64,000 bases of DNA from Mobula hypostoma (Eukaryota). Both the position numbers and the translations under genes were made by a program. The stretch lies in assembly GCF_963921235.1 (NCBI RefSeq), contig NC_086097.1, positions 220,040,001 through 220,104,000 of the forward strand, read 5' to 3'. Positions 12,925 to 26,875 of this stretch are shown here, in pieces. The notes under the pieces were generated by a model that had not been told where the DNA came from, made no database searches, and saw only the letters and a program-made list of their open reading frames with translations. The number at the start of each line of letters is the position of its first letter. Positions within the stretch are counted from its first letter, which is position 1.

Positions 12925-15786
12925 GGAGATGTGGGTACTGTTTTGGATACAGTTTGGGGGGGTGGGGGTGGGGGTGGTGAATGACCTCACAGCAATCAGG
13001 TCTCTGGCACTGAGTCTGGCTCTGTGGCTAAGCAGAGAAGGGGGAAGAAGATGAGCAGTAGTGATAAGGAATACAACAGTTAGGGGAACAAAAAGGAAGT
13101 TCTGTGAATGAGAATGATATTCCTGGATAGTATGCTTCAGGGTCAGGGACATCTCAGGTCGAGCCCACAGCATTCTGAAGTGGGAAGGTGAACAGCCAGA
13201 AGTCATGGTCCACGTTGGCACCAATGACATGGCTAGGTTGGGTGAGGAGGTCCTGCAAAGCAAATTCAGGCAGTTAGTTGCTAAGATAAAGAACAGGACC
13301 TCCAGGGTTGTGATCTCAGGATTTTTACCATGCCATGTGCTAAAGACTAGAAATAGGAAAATCATACAATTTAACATGTGGTTAAGGAGATGTTTCAGGA
13401 GGGAGAGCTACAGATTTTTGAATCATTGGGTCTCTTCCAGGACAGATGGGACCTGTACAGAAGGAATAGTTTGCACTTGAACTGGAGGGGAACTAATATC
13501 CTAGCGGGAAGGTTTACTAGTGCTGCAGGAAGAGGGGAGGGGTTGGTGTTTAAACTAGAGTTGCAGAAGGATGAGAACTAGAGAACTAGAACTGTTAGTG
13601 GATTGATTGTGAAGACGGATGTTGTTAAGCCTACATATAAAGTCAGGAATCAGAAGGTGAGTATGGTGCAACTAATGTGCTGAGCTGCAAATACTTCAAT
13701 ACAAAGTGTATTGTAGGAAAGGTGAATGATCTTAGGGCATGGAATGTGGAATTTTGACATTGTAGCCATTAGTGAGACTCGGACGGAGGAGTGACAGGAC
13801 TGGCAACTCAGTGTTCCGGGGTTCCATTGTTTCCATTGTTTTAGGTGCGACAGAATGTGAGGGATTAAAGGGGGAGAGCTGACATTACCAGTCAGGGAAA
13901 ATGTCTCGGCAGTGCTCAGACAGGCCAAACTCGACAGCTTGTCTAGCGAGGCTTTATGGGTGGAACAGAGGAATAAGAAATATATGACCACGTTAATGGG
14001 ATTATATTATAGACCACCCAACAGTCCGTGGGATTCAGAGGAGCAAATTTATAGAGAGATTGCAGACTGTTGCAAGAAATATAAGGTTCTGATAGTAGGT
14101 GATTTTAACTTTCCACATATTGACTGGGAATCCCAACTGTAAAAGGGCTGGATGGGAAAGAGTGTGTCAAATTTGTTCAGGATTGTTCCCTTAATCAGTA
14201 CATAGAAGTCCCAATGACAGAGTGTGATACTAGATCTCCAATTAGGGAATGAGACAGGGCAGAAGTTTGTGTAGGGGAACAGATTGCATCAAGTGATCTT
14301 AATGCCATTAGTTTTAAGGTAAAGGCATGCAAAAGGATCAGTCTGGTCCTTGGGATGAGATTCTAAGTTAGAGAAAGGTCAATTTTAATGCTATCAGGAA
14401 AGATGGGTAAGTGTGGATTGGGACAGGCTGTTCTCTAGCAAAGGTGTACTTGGTAAGTGGGAGGCTTTCAAAAGTGAAATTTTGAGAGAACTGAGTTTAT
14501 ATGTTCCTGTCAGAATAAAGGGCAAAGATAATAGATTTATGGAACCTTGGTTTTCAAGAGAGATTGAGTCCCTTGTTAAAAAAACAGAAATGCATAGCAG
14601 GTATAGGCATGTAGGAACAAATAAGGTACCTGAGGGGTATAAAAAAATGCAAGAGACCACTTAAGAAGAAGTCATAAGGGCTAAAGGAAGGCATGTTTTT
14701 GCTCTAGCAGACTAGGTGAAGAAAATCCTAAGGGCTTCTACATATACATTATACTAAGAGCAAAAGGATAGCAAGGGACAAAACTGGTCCGCTGGAATAT
14801 CAGAGTGGTAAACAATGCACAGAGCCAAAAGAGATGAGGGCAGATATTAACTGGATTTTTTGCATCAGTATTTATTCGGGAGGTAGACACTGAGTCTACA
14901 GAAGTGAGGCAAAGCAGCAGTGAGGCCACGGGCCCTATACAGATTACAGAGGGGGTGTTCGCTGCCTTGACACAAATTAGGGTGGATAAACTCCCAGGGC
15001 CTGACAAGGTGCTCGCTCGGCTCCTGTGGGGGAATAGTAAAGAAATTGCAGGGGACCCAGCAGAGACATTTAAAACATCATTGGCCATTGGTGAAGAGCC
15101 ATAGGGCTGGGGGATGGATAGCTGATGTTGTTATGTTGGTTAAGACAAAGCAGTGGATGTTATCTACATGGACTTTACCAAGGCATTTGACAAGGTCCCA
15201 CATGGTAGGTTGGTCAAGAAGATTCAGTCAACATCCTGGACACACTTAACAAACTCTGCCCCATTATATTGAAATCGTATAAGACGTTAGCGATGGAGTA
15301 TTGTGTGCAGTTTTGTCATCTACCTACAGGATGTAAATAAGATAGAAAGAGCGCAGTGAAAATTTACAAAGTTTTTGCTGGGACTTGGGGATCTGAGTTA
15401 TAGGTTTAGGTTAGGAAGATTGAGGGGAGATTTGATAGAAATATACAAAATTATGAGTATAGATAGGGTAATTGCAAACATGCTTTTTCCACTGAAGTTA
15501 GGTGAGAATACAACTAGTGATCATGGATTAAGGGTGAAAGGTGAAATGTGTAAGGTTAACATGAGGGAAATGTCTTCACTCAGAGGGTGGTGAAAGTGTT
15601 GAATGAGCTGCCAGCGCAAGTGGTAGACGTGGTTCAATTTCAATATGTAAGAGAAATTTGGATAGGAGGGGAGGGAAGGGCTATAGTCCGGGTGCAGGTC
15701 AATGGATCTAGGCTGATCAATGGTTTGGCATGGACTGGATCGGTCAAAGGGTCTGTTTCTGTGGCTGTAGTGTTCTATGACTCTAC
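12925..15786 (+). mobile_element. Decayed, internally deleted CR1 LINE
   Basis: ORF1 VHVGTNDM..RVVISG. APE motifs YYRPPNS and VGDFNFPHIDW. RT remnants and 3' tail ttctatgactcta near 15785. Confidence 0.85.
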
Positions 15787-17379
15787 GTGAACTGTCAGAC
15801 ATGCAAAACAAAATGCTGTGGTCCACTTATACATTTTAAAAGCAAGGAAGCCCAAACAGAATTTAAGAGCATATTATTATACCATCCATTTTCTCCTTCC
15901 CTTCTTCACCACTGCTGGGTAAAGAATTAGACAGATTCAATACCAATATATTAATAGCCTTCCTTTGCAATGTAATGAGCATTCACAACAAAGGTGACTA
16001 GACCATCTTTGTCTTTCTATCTATACCAGTATAGCATTATGCCTGTCACAGGTGCAAAATACTTCATTCAACGTGAGATATTTTTGCACTGCCTATTACG
16101 TCAGAGAAAGAAAACTAAAATACTTAGTCTAGAAATAAATATGCACAGTATTGAGAAAAGTGGAATTGCAAAGTTGAAAGAACTATGAACAACTCTGTAC
16201 ATTTCTCTCAGTGTCTTAACACCTTTCATTAACACCGTTCATATGCTCATTTTTCTGAGATTTTTCTCTTGTTCCTAATACTTTTTCCTTGCCCGCATCA
16301 CTCCAAATGACACCAGCAAATGCAATGCTCTCAATTCATTCTCCTCAGTGGTCTGGGTAAAAATGGCTACTGTTCACAAGGCAGAAGATCGGATCTCCAA
16401 TAGCCAGGCTACTGCACACACTCTACACACTCACACCTTATTTACACTGTAGCTTCAAACACTTTGTTGTACCCAAAACTGAGTTACAACATACTCTTTT
16501 CTAGATCTGATGTGTACATGAAAAGAATACTTCCAGGCACCAAAAGTATCACTCAGAAAAATGCAGGAGAAACTCAGCAGGCCAGGCAGCCTCTGTGGAA
16601 AAGAGTAAACAATCATTACTTCAGGCAGAAACCCTTCATCAGGACTCAAGAATATTCGTGGCCGGGAGACGAGAGATAGCACATACTAGCTAATCTGTCT
16701 ACATTTCACAGGGAGACACACCCTGATCAACATTTCTTGGGGCTGCAATGACTATTCAGGTTATGCGTCCACATGATGGTTGTCACTCCTGACCTTGACC
16801 TGGGAAAGCCTTAAGTATAAACTCACACACCCAATCTCACAATGGAAAGTCATTCTCAACTTAGATTCAGGATCATGCGGCCAACAGCTGCTGACACACA
16901 CCACATATTAAAGTTTATTGTTGCTTTTGAGAGGTCACTGACATCTAACTTATAACAGTCAGATTCCATTCAGCTGTCCATCAGCAGAAGCAGGCAGACT
17001 GGCCATTCATGCAAAGGACTTCTGCACAAGAAGACATGGTTGTAATAGAAAGCACAGAGAAGTACTCTTGCTCAATGTAGGTGAATAGTGCCAAAGTATT
17101 ACCAGCTTCTACTTGTAGCTCAGAAAGCCACCCCTCATTCTTTTTAAATGCAGTGTCAGCAATTGAAGATTTAGTGAACCTCACCCTTTTAAACAAACAA
17201 CGTCTCTTGCATGGATAATGTGATTTAGTAGCTTCACAAGGTCCCCATTAGTCAATCTAGGATGAACTTTCCTGTCCACAGGAATCACTGATGCACCCAC
17301 AATTAAATTAAGCAACACTATCAAGTAGTTGAAAGTGTGCTGGGGGTGTTATGAGCTTGCAACTTTAAGCACTGACTCA

Positions 17380-18365
17380 GGGTACGTCCACACTACGCCA
17401 GGTAATTTTGAAAACAAAGCCTTTTCTCTTCGTTTTGCCTTCCCGTCCACACTGAGCCGGCATTTTCAGCCCCCAAAAACGGAGATTTTCGAAAACACTC
17501 TCTAGAGTGAATAAATCTGAAAACGCTTAATATCCGGCGTAGTGTGTACGGGGTAACCGGAGAGATTTTAAAACGCTGTCATGACAACACCACAACAACA
17601 ATGCTTTTTTCTGCTTCTGCTTGGTACTGCGCAAGCTGTTATAACGCGCAGTCGGTGTGAACGGCGTGAGAGTTAAATTGTAAAGTGAGCTTTTTTTGAC
17701 TATTTAAAAACGCTGTCATGACGTGCCGGAACAGATGTTCGTTGTTTTCTTGAACGCCACCACCTAACAATTTCAGAACAGACGGATGAGACTGAAGCCA
17801 GTTGACCCACAGCTTATTGAATAAATAAGTATACTCACTTCGCCCTGTTTTCTGTCCTTGCTTGTATGAAGGTGGTTTACCTATTTATGCAAGTACTTCT
17901 CTGTCAATAGATGTGTAACAGCCTAATGTAACATTGTATGGAAATACAAGATAACGCTGATGCAGACGTTTTATACATTTAACAAGGTGCTTTATTAATG
18001 TAACAGAGTTAGTCAGTTTTTCAATGTTCGTCGTCAGCTGGGTCATACTGTCTGTGAACTCCCTGTCGGTTGCCTCCATACGCTCCAGTATTTGTTTTTT
18101 TTAAGTTTTAAGTCCTCCTGTGCAGGAACCAAGAGCAATTCCTTTAAAGTTTTTCTACTCTGTAACTGGACAAACACGCACCAAGTATATCGTTTCCTCT
18201 TCGCTTGTTTTCTGTGTGTCCTGCGCATGCCCAGTAGGAGGAGATTTGCCCAAATATCCGTCTAATGTGGACGGAGATATTTTGAAAAATGCTTAGTGTG
18301 GATGCCTGTTGTTTTTCCTCGAAACCGGCGTTTTCAAAATTATCCGGCGTAGTGTGGACGTAGCC
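17380..18365. mobile_element. Non-autonomous PIF/Harbinger DNA transposon
   Basis: About 36-bp TIRs (gggtacgtccacactacgccaggtaattttgaaaac / gttttcaaaattatccggcgtagtgtggacgtagcc). 3-bp TCA target duplication at 17377-17379 and 18366-18368. Internal minus-strand coiled-coil remnant (AQEDLKLKK..MEATDREFTDSMTQLTTNIEKLTNS). Confidence 0.85.
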
Positions 18366-18695
18366 TCAGAAGCTCAGCTGTGTATCTCAGCCAGGTTTTT
18401 GACCAATTATACTTGCTTTTCTGAATAAACTGTGGTGTTGCATGAAGGGGCTTGACAACACCATCTTTAAGTGTCACTATCAACTTGGAGTTGCTCAAAA
18501 AACTTAACAAAAGACTGTTCTTTTAAAACTGTTTTAAGACACAATGAATTTCTATGCCTTAATCACATAAACGTGCATCACCTTGCATTGTTGTGCTTAA
18601 TAAAGTCATGACTGTGAAGGATTGATCAGAATTAAACAAATGAATTCCGTTATACTTTGATAATTTCACAAAAATGGCATATCAATTTTACCCAC

Positions 18696-18913
18696 CTTTA
18701 ATATCCTTTCCAAAACCCATGGAGGAAGTCACAGTGCTTCTTTTGTGTTCTTTGTTCTCAGCTTTCCCTTTCATCATCTCATTATCACTATTCAAATTAT
18801 TTGAAACCATTTTCTTCTTCCTCTTCTGCCGAGGTGGAAGTTTTTGAGGGAAAGTGAACATTGGCACTATAACAAGGAGCATAGTAACCGCACATAGCAA
18901 AAATCCACTCCAC
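18696..18913 (-). CDS. SLCO5A1: Next internal coding exon of SLCO5A1, 218 bp
   Basis: Translates as (W)WSGFLLCAVTMLLVIVPMFTFPQKLPPRQKRKKK...SSMGFGKDIK(D), matching SLCO5A1 WSGFLLCA..M..VI.PMFTFPKKLPPR.KKKK...SSMGFGKD. Acceptor ttcacag| at 18914, donor |gtgggt at 18695. The first G completes the TG|G Trp codon of the upstream exon, so phases are compatible. Confidence 0.95.
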
Positions 18914-20839
18914 CTGTGAAGTTTCGGAAAGAACAAGACAACTTGACAAAATACGTGAAGAGAACTTGAGATCGGTAAAGCCGATGCTGGAAAAATAAAA
19001 ACAGAAAATGTGAGAGATACTCAACAGACCAAGCAACATCATCAGAGAATTTGTTTTGCTGTGGGAGACAAATCAAATTGTATATTCTTAACCTGAGGGA
19101 CTGCCTAAGAAGAAACATTGTATGCCATGTTGAATCTCGAATTTTATGAAAAATATAACAGTAAGAAAACAATTTAGCTTAAAAATATGAAGCATAACCT
19201 CGATTAGAATGCCGGGTTAAAAAAAAACATTATGGAGCTGATCACGTTCAATCTAACCTCTCACGCACACTCCTCTCAGCCCTACCACAACATTCTAACC
19301 CTGTAACTAATTTAGCCTTTTACATCCAGGCGGGTCCCTGTTGAGACCTCTGTTATGCTCATGTTAAACAGATGTTATGTCTATTTGCCTCTGAAAATCA
19401 AACATTAAGATTGCTTTAAAATTAACTTTTAAGAAGTTGAAAACAATAAATTATCATTAACAAAAGCATAAATATATAGTGAAATAAGCAATGTTTGCCT
19501 TTTCAATGAAAGTAGGAAACCCACTTGATTGAAAGGAGCTGCAGTGGAAAGCGAGCTTGCCAGATATGAGGTGTATCTGACCTTCTGGTTCAGTAGGCTT
19601 TGGAAAGCCACAGGGGCACATTTCAAAGTGAATGTGTGCCCACATCTCACTTCCTGTGTGTTCTGCATTGCTACAGTACAGTAGGCAGGTAAAGGTTTAG
19701 ACCATGCTGACATGGAATCTGCAGGTGCTGGGAACTGTCAATGGAATCATTGGTTGGCATGATCTTCCAGTAAAGCACGGACACAGCAGATTTTGGAAAT
19801 CATTTATTATAACTCAATACAGATAAGAAAGGATTTAAGTGCATAAAGTACTGTCTATTTATGGATTTCAATGTTACTCAGAGTAATTCCCTATTGACCT
19901 GTGGGGGGTGGGGTGGAGGCGATCTCAGGAACACAAAACAATGCAACCCTATTCCACACAAATGAATTGGACTGGGAAGTTGTTTGGCAATCAGTGTCAT
20001 TATTATCAAAGGAGGAAATATTCAATTGTCCTGGATCACCCTCAATTGTTGCAAAATGGAACATAATCTACAGCTGGAATATCTAGAAATTTTATGATTC
20101 CCTTTGAATATAGTTATTGTAGGTCAGCATAATGCTGTTTTTGAAAATTGCATAAAGAGGGGGAATTTCAAATGGGAGGTTCACAGAACAACATTGTTGG
20201 GAGTTCTCTGTATAACGTCTTAGTAGAAATAATATTGTTGGTCTCAACGCAGTGTTTCCCACGCTATGCTGCAAGTTGTCACAGCTGAGGACAGCTCATT
20301 CAATCTTTGCATATGTCACAATATAGGAGACTGGTACTAGCATTTACAGGGCACAATGATGGGAGAGAGCAAGGACAGCATTTCCAGAGGGAGCTGGAGC
20401 AAAAGCATGGTTTTGTGCAAGAAAGCCACTGAGAATATTGGGGATCTAGTTAAGTGTCCCTGACAGGAGTTTGCCACGGAGAATTCTGTATGAATATGGT
20501 TCAGTTCTGACAAAGGGTCTCAGCCCAAAACGTCAACTGTTTACTCTTTTCCATAGATGCTGCTAGACCTGCTGAGTTCCTCCAGCATTTTGTGTGTGTT
20601 GAATGATTGTAATAGACAGTTTCAACACTTGATGAGTCAAGATGTTTCTCCCTCCCAAAAGGAAACTGATATTTGATTGCCTTTGATTGGATCAAAAGTT
20701 AAGACTACTAAATATAAGACAGAAAGAACATATCAGTCTGTACACCTCTGTATTGTAGTTCCACTCAAATTATTTCCATAGCCATTCAAATTCAAGAACA
20801 CCAACTTTTGGATCAGCACATTGCAATTACCTACTGAAC

Positions 20840-23135
20840 ACAGAAAACATGGAAAACCTACAGCACAATACAGGCCCTTTGGCCCACAAAGTTGTTCTGA
20901 ACCTCTCCCTACCTTAGAAATTGCTAGGCTTACCTATAGCCCTCTATTTTTCTAAGCTCCATGTACCTATCTAAAAGCCTCTTAAAAGACCCTATCGTAT
21001 CTGCCTCCACCACCATTGCTGGCAGCCCATTCCACGCACTCACCACTCTCTGGGTAAAACACTTACCCCTGACATCTCCTCTGTTCCTGCTCCCCAGCAC
21101 CTTAAACCTGTGTCCTCCTGTGGCAACCTCTTCAGCCCTGGGAAAAAGCCTCTGACTATCCACACGATCAATGCTTCTCATCATCTTATACACTTTTATC
21201 AGGTCACCTCTCATCCTCCTTCGCTCCAAGGAGAAAAGGCCAAGTTCACTCAACCTATTCTCATAAGGCATGCTCCCCAATCCAGGCAATATCCTTGTAA
21301 ATCTCCTCTGCACCCTTTCTATGGCTTCCACATCCTTCCTGTAGTGAGGCGACCAGAACTGAGCAGAGTACTCCAAGTGGGCTCTGACCAGGGACCTATA
21401 TAGCTGCAACATTACCTCTCGGCTCCTAAATTCAATTCCACGATTGATGAAAGCCAATACACCGTACGCCTTCTTAACCACAGAGTTAACCTGTGCAGCT
21501 GCTTTGAGCGTCCTATGGACTCAGACCCCAAGATCCCTCTGATCCTCCACACTGCCAAGAGTCTTGCCATTAATACTATATTCTGCCATCATATTTGACC
21601 TACCAAAATGAACCACTTCACACTTATCTGGCTTGAACTCCATCTGCCACTTCTCAGCCCAGATTTGCATCCTATTAATGTCCCGCTGTAACCTCTGACA
21701 GCCCTCCACACTATCCACAACACCTCTAACCTTTGTGTCATCAGCAAACTTACTAACCCATCCCTCCACTTCCTCATCCAGGTCATTTATAAAAATTACG
21801 AAGAGTAAGGGTCCCAGAGCAGATCCCTGAGGCACTCCACTGGTGACTGACCTCCATGCAGAATATGACCCATCTACAACCACTCTTTGCCTTCTGTGGG
21901 CAAGACAGTTCTGGATCCACAAAGCAATGTCCCCTTGGATCCCATGCCTCCTTACTTTCTCAATACGCCTTGCATGGGGTACCTTATCAAATGCCTTGCT
22001 GAAATCCATATACACTATATCTACTGCTCTTCCTTCATCAATGTGTTTAGTCACATCCTCAAAAAATTCAATCAGACCTGCCCTTGACAAAGCCATGCTG
22101 ACTACTCCTAATCATATTATACCTCTCCAAATGTACATAAATCCTGCCTCTCAGGATCTTCTCCATCAACTTACCAACCACTGAGATAAGACTCACTGGT
22201 TTATAATTTCCTGGGCTATCTCTACTCCCTTTCTTGAATAAAGGAACAACATCCGCAACCCTCCAATCTTCCGGAACCTCTCCCATCCCCATTGATGATT
22301 CAAAGATCATCACCAGAGGCTCAGCAATCTCCTCCCTCACCTCCCACAGTAGCCTGGAGTACATTTCCTCCGGTCTCGGCGACTTACCCAACTTGATGCT
22401 TTCCAAAACCTCCAGCACATCCTATTTCTTAATATCTACATGCTCAAGCTTTTCAGTCTGCTGCAAGACATCACTACAGTCACTAAGATCCTTTTCCATA
22501 TTGAATACTGAAGTAAAGTATTCATTAAGTACACATTAAGTACCTTTGCTATTTCCTCTGGTTCCATACACACTTTCCCACTGTCACACTTGATAGGTCC
22601 TATTCTTTCACGTCTTATCCTCTTGCTCTCCATATACTTGTAGAATGTCTTGGGGTTTTCCTTAATCCTGCCCGCCAAGGCCTTCTTATGGTCCCTACTG
22701 GCTCTCCTAATTTCCTTCTTAAGCTCCTTCCTAGTAGCCTTATAATCTTCTAGATCTCTAACATTACCTCGCTCTCTGAACCTTTTGTAAGCTTTTCTTT
22801 TCTTCTTGACTAAATTTACAACAGCCTTTGTACACCACGGTTCCTGTACCCTACCATAATTTCCCTGTCTCATTGGAACATACCTATACAGAACTCTACA
22901 CAAATACCCCCTGAATATTTGCCATATTTCTTCTGTACTTTTCTCTGAGAACATCTGTTTCCAATTTAAGCCTCCAATTTCCTGCTTGATAGCCTTATAA
23001 TTCCCCTTACTCCAATTAAACGCATTTCTAACTTGTCTGTTCCTAGAGGAGATAGAATTATGATCACTATCTCCAAAATGCTCTCCCACTGAGAGATCTG
23101 ACACCTAACCAGGTTCATTTCCCAATACCAAACCA
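20840..23135 (-). mobile_element. 5'-truncated CR1 LINE (ORF2 RT)
   Basis: YMDFSKAFDKVPH, GVPQGSALGP, KFADD and HLEYSAQFWSPH. Frameshifted. 3' tail near 20840. Confidence 0.92.
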
Positions 23136-23692
23136 AAAGTTCTAAATTACGTTCCACTGAAGCTAACAGAATTAATTTCAGATACAACTTGCTAATGTTA
23201 TTAATCTGTACAGAAAGTGCTCCTGGCAATGAACTTCCAGGCAGAAATTTCTTACATACATAATTGCCTCAAAAGAAAACAGGAACTTGAGGGAAAATGT
23301 TAACATTTTCCATTACAGCAAACATCATATAGATGACCACAGTGCCTTGCCCTTAATAAATCCACTGTCTCTCCAAGGGTTATTAACATACAGTATGCTG
23401 CTCTTTTAAACAGATGACGAGAGACCTGCCCAAGGATGAAGTGTTCCCTTTTAATATGCATCTCAAGCAGTGATGGTAATCTTGACAATGAGAACAGTTT
23501 TACTGCTGTGCAGCATCTCAATCTTAATTCATGGTTGAGATTAAGAAAGGAGTCACTACTGAGGGGCCTAGAAAGGTACTGATTTTTTTCTCTCTGTATC
23601 CTGGCGGGGAAGGAAATCGCCTCAGTCACTTTCCTCTCTCAGCCTCACTTACAGCCAGTAATCTGTGTGCTGGAGGCCAGTGCACTGATTTC

Positions 23693-24392
23693 TCAGACAC
23701 GAGTAATTCTGCAGATGCTGGAAATTCAAGCAACACACATCAAAGTTGCTGGTGAACGCAGCAGGCTAGGCAGCATCTCTATGAAGAGCTACAGTTGACG
23801 TTTCGGGCCGAGACTCTTCGTCAGGGCTAACTGTAAGAACAGCTAGTAAGAGATTTGGAAGTGGGAGGGGGAGGGGGAGATCCAAAATGATAGGAGAAAA
23901 CAGGAGGGGGAGGGATGGAGCCAAGAGCTGGACAGTTGATTGGCAAAAGGGATATGAGAGGATCATGGGACAGGCGGCCCAGGGAGAAAGAAAAGGGATA
24001 GGGGGGGAAAAAACCCAGAGGATGGGCAAGGGGTATAGTGAGAGGGAGAAAAAGGAGAGAGAGAAAAAGAATGTGTGTATATAAATAAATAACGGATGGG
24101 GTACAAGGGGGAGGTGGGGCATTAGCAGAAGTTTGAGAAGTCAATGTTCATGCCATCAGGTTGGAGGCTACCCAGACGGAATATAAGGTGTTGTCCCTCC
24201 AACCTGAGTGTGGCTTCATCTTTGCAGTAGAGGAGGCCGTGGACAGACATATCAGAACGGGAATGGGACATGGAATTAAAATGTGTGGCCGCTGGGAGAT
24301 CCTGCTTTCTCTGGCGAATAGAGCGTAGGTGTTCAGCGAAACGATCTCCCAGTCTGCGTCGGGTCTCACCAATATATAGAAGGCCACATCGG
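23693..24392 (-). mobile_element. 5'-truncated Penelope-like element
   Basis: RCGLLYIGETRRRLGDRFAEH GIY-YIG end plus terminal repeat. Near-TSD gcactgatttc (23682-23692) and gcactgctttc (24393-24403). Confidence 0.9.
23793..23828 (-). ncRNA. Minimal hammerhead ribozyme, intact core with imperfect stems
   Basis: agcc-CTGACGA-a-gagtctcggccc-GAAAC-GTC-aact. Confidence 0.65.
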
Positions 24393-24849
24393 GCACTGCT
24401 TTCCTGCTTCACATCTTTCTGTTTGCCCCAGGGAAGTAATGCATCCCATCTGAATCGAAAGGGGGAATGACAAGGCACAAAACACAAATGGCAGAAGTGT
24501 TTTTAGTAATGAGGAAACTCCATAACTGGATGAATGAGAGATAATCTCAGGTGAGCACTGTTTTGCTCAACTAGACTCATTCAGCATAGCATCAAACCAG
24601 TTCTTAAGGAGTGTTTGATCCTTTATCTCTGTTACCCTTTCTAAAATTATATTCCACATAATGATAAATCTTTGATAACTCGATTATCTATCCAGATATC
24701 TACCCTTTCGATTTAAGATGGGGCTACTGATGGCACTACTGAAGACATGCAACAGCTTACTTGTGGTTCGAAAGAAAGGAATTCAATTAAAAACATTATT
24801 AGTAACACTTTTTTTGAAGGAAGTTGTGGTAGACTATCACCACAAACAC

Positions 24850-25315
24850 TGAAGAGGCGAGTGAGGGTAAAGTGAACTCGACAGATGTGCCCTGCTGGTG
24901 AGCTGCAAAATCGACGCACTTGGAGTGAATGATTTGGAGGGGAGAAGTCGAGGCACAGGAGATCCGATGCCCATCCAACTTACACTGGTGCGAGGGTGAA
25001 TTGCCCTAAGCGCCGAGCCAATTTAGAGAGGTGGAGAACAGCTTCTTCAGCAGCAAAATCCAGGTCTGAAGTGAATCACTGAGCACCATGTTCTAGGTCT
25101 GAAGCGATTTGCCATGGCGACACCTGGGTCCTAATCTGAGGTATAAAATGCTGTTTGGACAATTTAAATGTCGGGCCACATTTAGACTGGAAAGGCAGGG
25201 TGTCGAGAGTCGGGCAAGACTAGATCGCTGTAAGTGCTGAGCTGATTTGGAGAGCTGGAGAAGGGCTTCTCTGGCAGTGAAATCTAGGCCCGGGGCGATT
25301 CGCTGTGGGGGGACG
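24850..25315. repeat. Unclassified GC/CpG-richer repeat-like segment with an internal ~60-bp imperfect direct repeat
   Basis: gagccaatttagagaggtggagaacagcttc...ccaggtctgaag (about 25014-25075) resembles gagctgatttggagagctggagaagggcttc...ctaggcccgggg (about 25239-25300). Confidence 0.35.
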
Positions 25316-25574
25316 TCTACGGAAAAGAGTAAACCGTCGATGTTTTGAGCCGAGAGCCTTCATCAACATTGTAACCCTGAATTGGGTGGCAAGAATATTA
25401 GAGTGGATTTGATGGGCATGTGAGAGAGAACAGATAGCACAGAAGTAAGTCGGAGAGAGGGGTGAGATTGATAGACCATGGATAGATCAAGTGGTCTCCT
25501 TCGATGTGGTAAGGGAATATTGAAAAACATCACAGAGCCCTACTCTTGTCTGTCAAAATGGTATAATCATAAAA

Positions 25575-26595
25575 TACTATGCTCTTTTCTCAGTTCCTTC
25601 GTCTCCATCACATCTGCTCCCAGGATGAGGCTTTCCTTTTCCAGGACACCAGAGATGTCCTATTTTTTTATAGAATGGGGTTTCCCTTCCTCCACCACTG
25701 ATGCTATCCTCACCCGCGTCTCCTGCATTTACTGGGTATCCGCGCTCACCCCATTTTCCTGTCACCTTAGTACTGTCTCCTCCTCACCTACCACCCCCAT
25801 AAGACTTCACATTCAACACATCATTCTCTGCACCTTCCACCATCCTCAATAGGATCCTACCACCAAACACATCCTTACCTCCCCCGACTCTCTGCTTTCA
25901 CATAATCCTGGCACATATCCCTGCAAGCAACAGAACTGCTACAAATGTCCACCTACCTCCTCCCTTACCTCCATTTAGGGCCCCAAACAGTCCTTCCAGA
26001 TGAGGCAACACTTCACCTGTGAATCTGTTGGGGTAGTCTGTTGTATCCTGTGCTCCCGGCGGCCTCCTCTACATTGGTGAGACCCGAAGTAAATTGAGGG
26101 GCTGCTTTGTCTAGCACCTCCACTCCATCTGCCAGAAGCGGAACTTCCTGGTTGCCAACCATTTTAATTCATATTCCCATTCCCATTTCCACATGTCAGT
26201 CCATGGCCTCCTCTTTTGGCATGATGAGGCTATGCTCAGGGTGGAGGAGCAACACCTCATATTCTAGGTAGCCTCCAACCGGATGGCATCAACATCAATT
26301 TCTCCTCCCAGTAATGTTTTTCCCTCCCCCATCCTTCTTCTCCAGCCCTTTACTTTTCCAACCCACCTGGCTTCATCTACTTCATCTATCACCTCCTAGT
26401 TAATCCTCCATCCCTTCCCCCCCCCCGACCTTTTTATTCTGATCTTCCCCCCTGCTTTCACATCCTGAAGAAGGGTCTCGGCCCAAAATGTCAACTGTTT
26501 ATTCATTTCCATAGATGCTGCCTGACCTGCTGAGTTCCTCCAGCATTTTGTGTGCGTTGCTCTGGATTTCCAGCATCCGCAGTATCTCTTGTGTT
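25575..26595 (+). mobile_element. Older degenerate Penelope-like element (RT C-terminus, GIY-YIG, terminal repeat)
   Basis: Collinear with the younger copies (caggatgaggctttc..., ctctacattggtgagacc, ctccaaccggatggcat). Decayed hammerhead ctgaagaagggtctcggcccaaaatgtc at about 26465-26492. Confidence 0.85.
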
Positions 26596-26875
26596 TATAA
26601 TATAGGATATCCTGCAGTGTCAAATTGAAACATATTCCTTGACCTTTCTACACATTTTCTTATTTTCTCAGAACTTATCTTCCTTTTTGAATCAATGCTT
26701 TTATAGTTTTGTTATTCAGGGGCCTTCAAGTTTACAACAAATAACCTTATGGAGTTAAAACTAATGCTTCTTTTAACTTCTTCTCTTTAGGCATCAATTA
26801 CATTCATTCACTGTAAGATATGGATTCCTGTGGTATGCAAAGACAGGAAAATAAAAGACTACTGCTACTTCTTAC

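Noticed and set aside
16981..17330. 71-aa minus-strand ORF as an additional exon or TE protein
   Set aside because: No recognisable motif or SLCO similarity, and no convincing splice context.
1..18695. Next SLCO5A1 exon (expected DLPRAAVRIL...)
   Set aside because: No matching sequence found by eye. It probably lies beyond the left edge, and the large upstream exon probably lies beyond the right edge.
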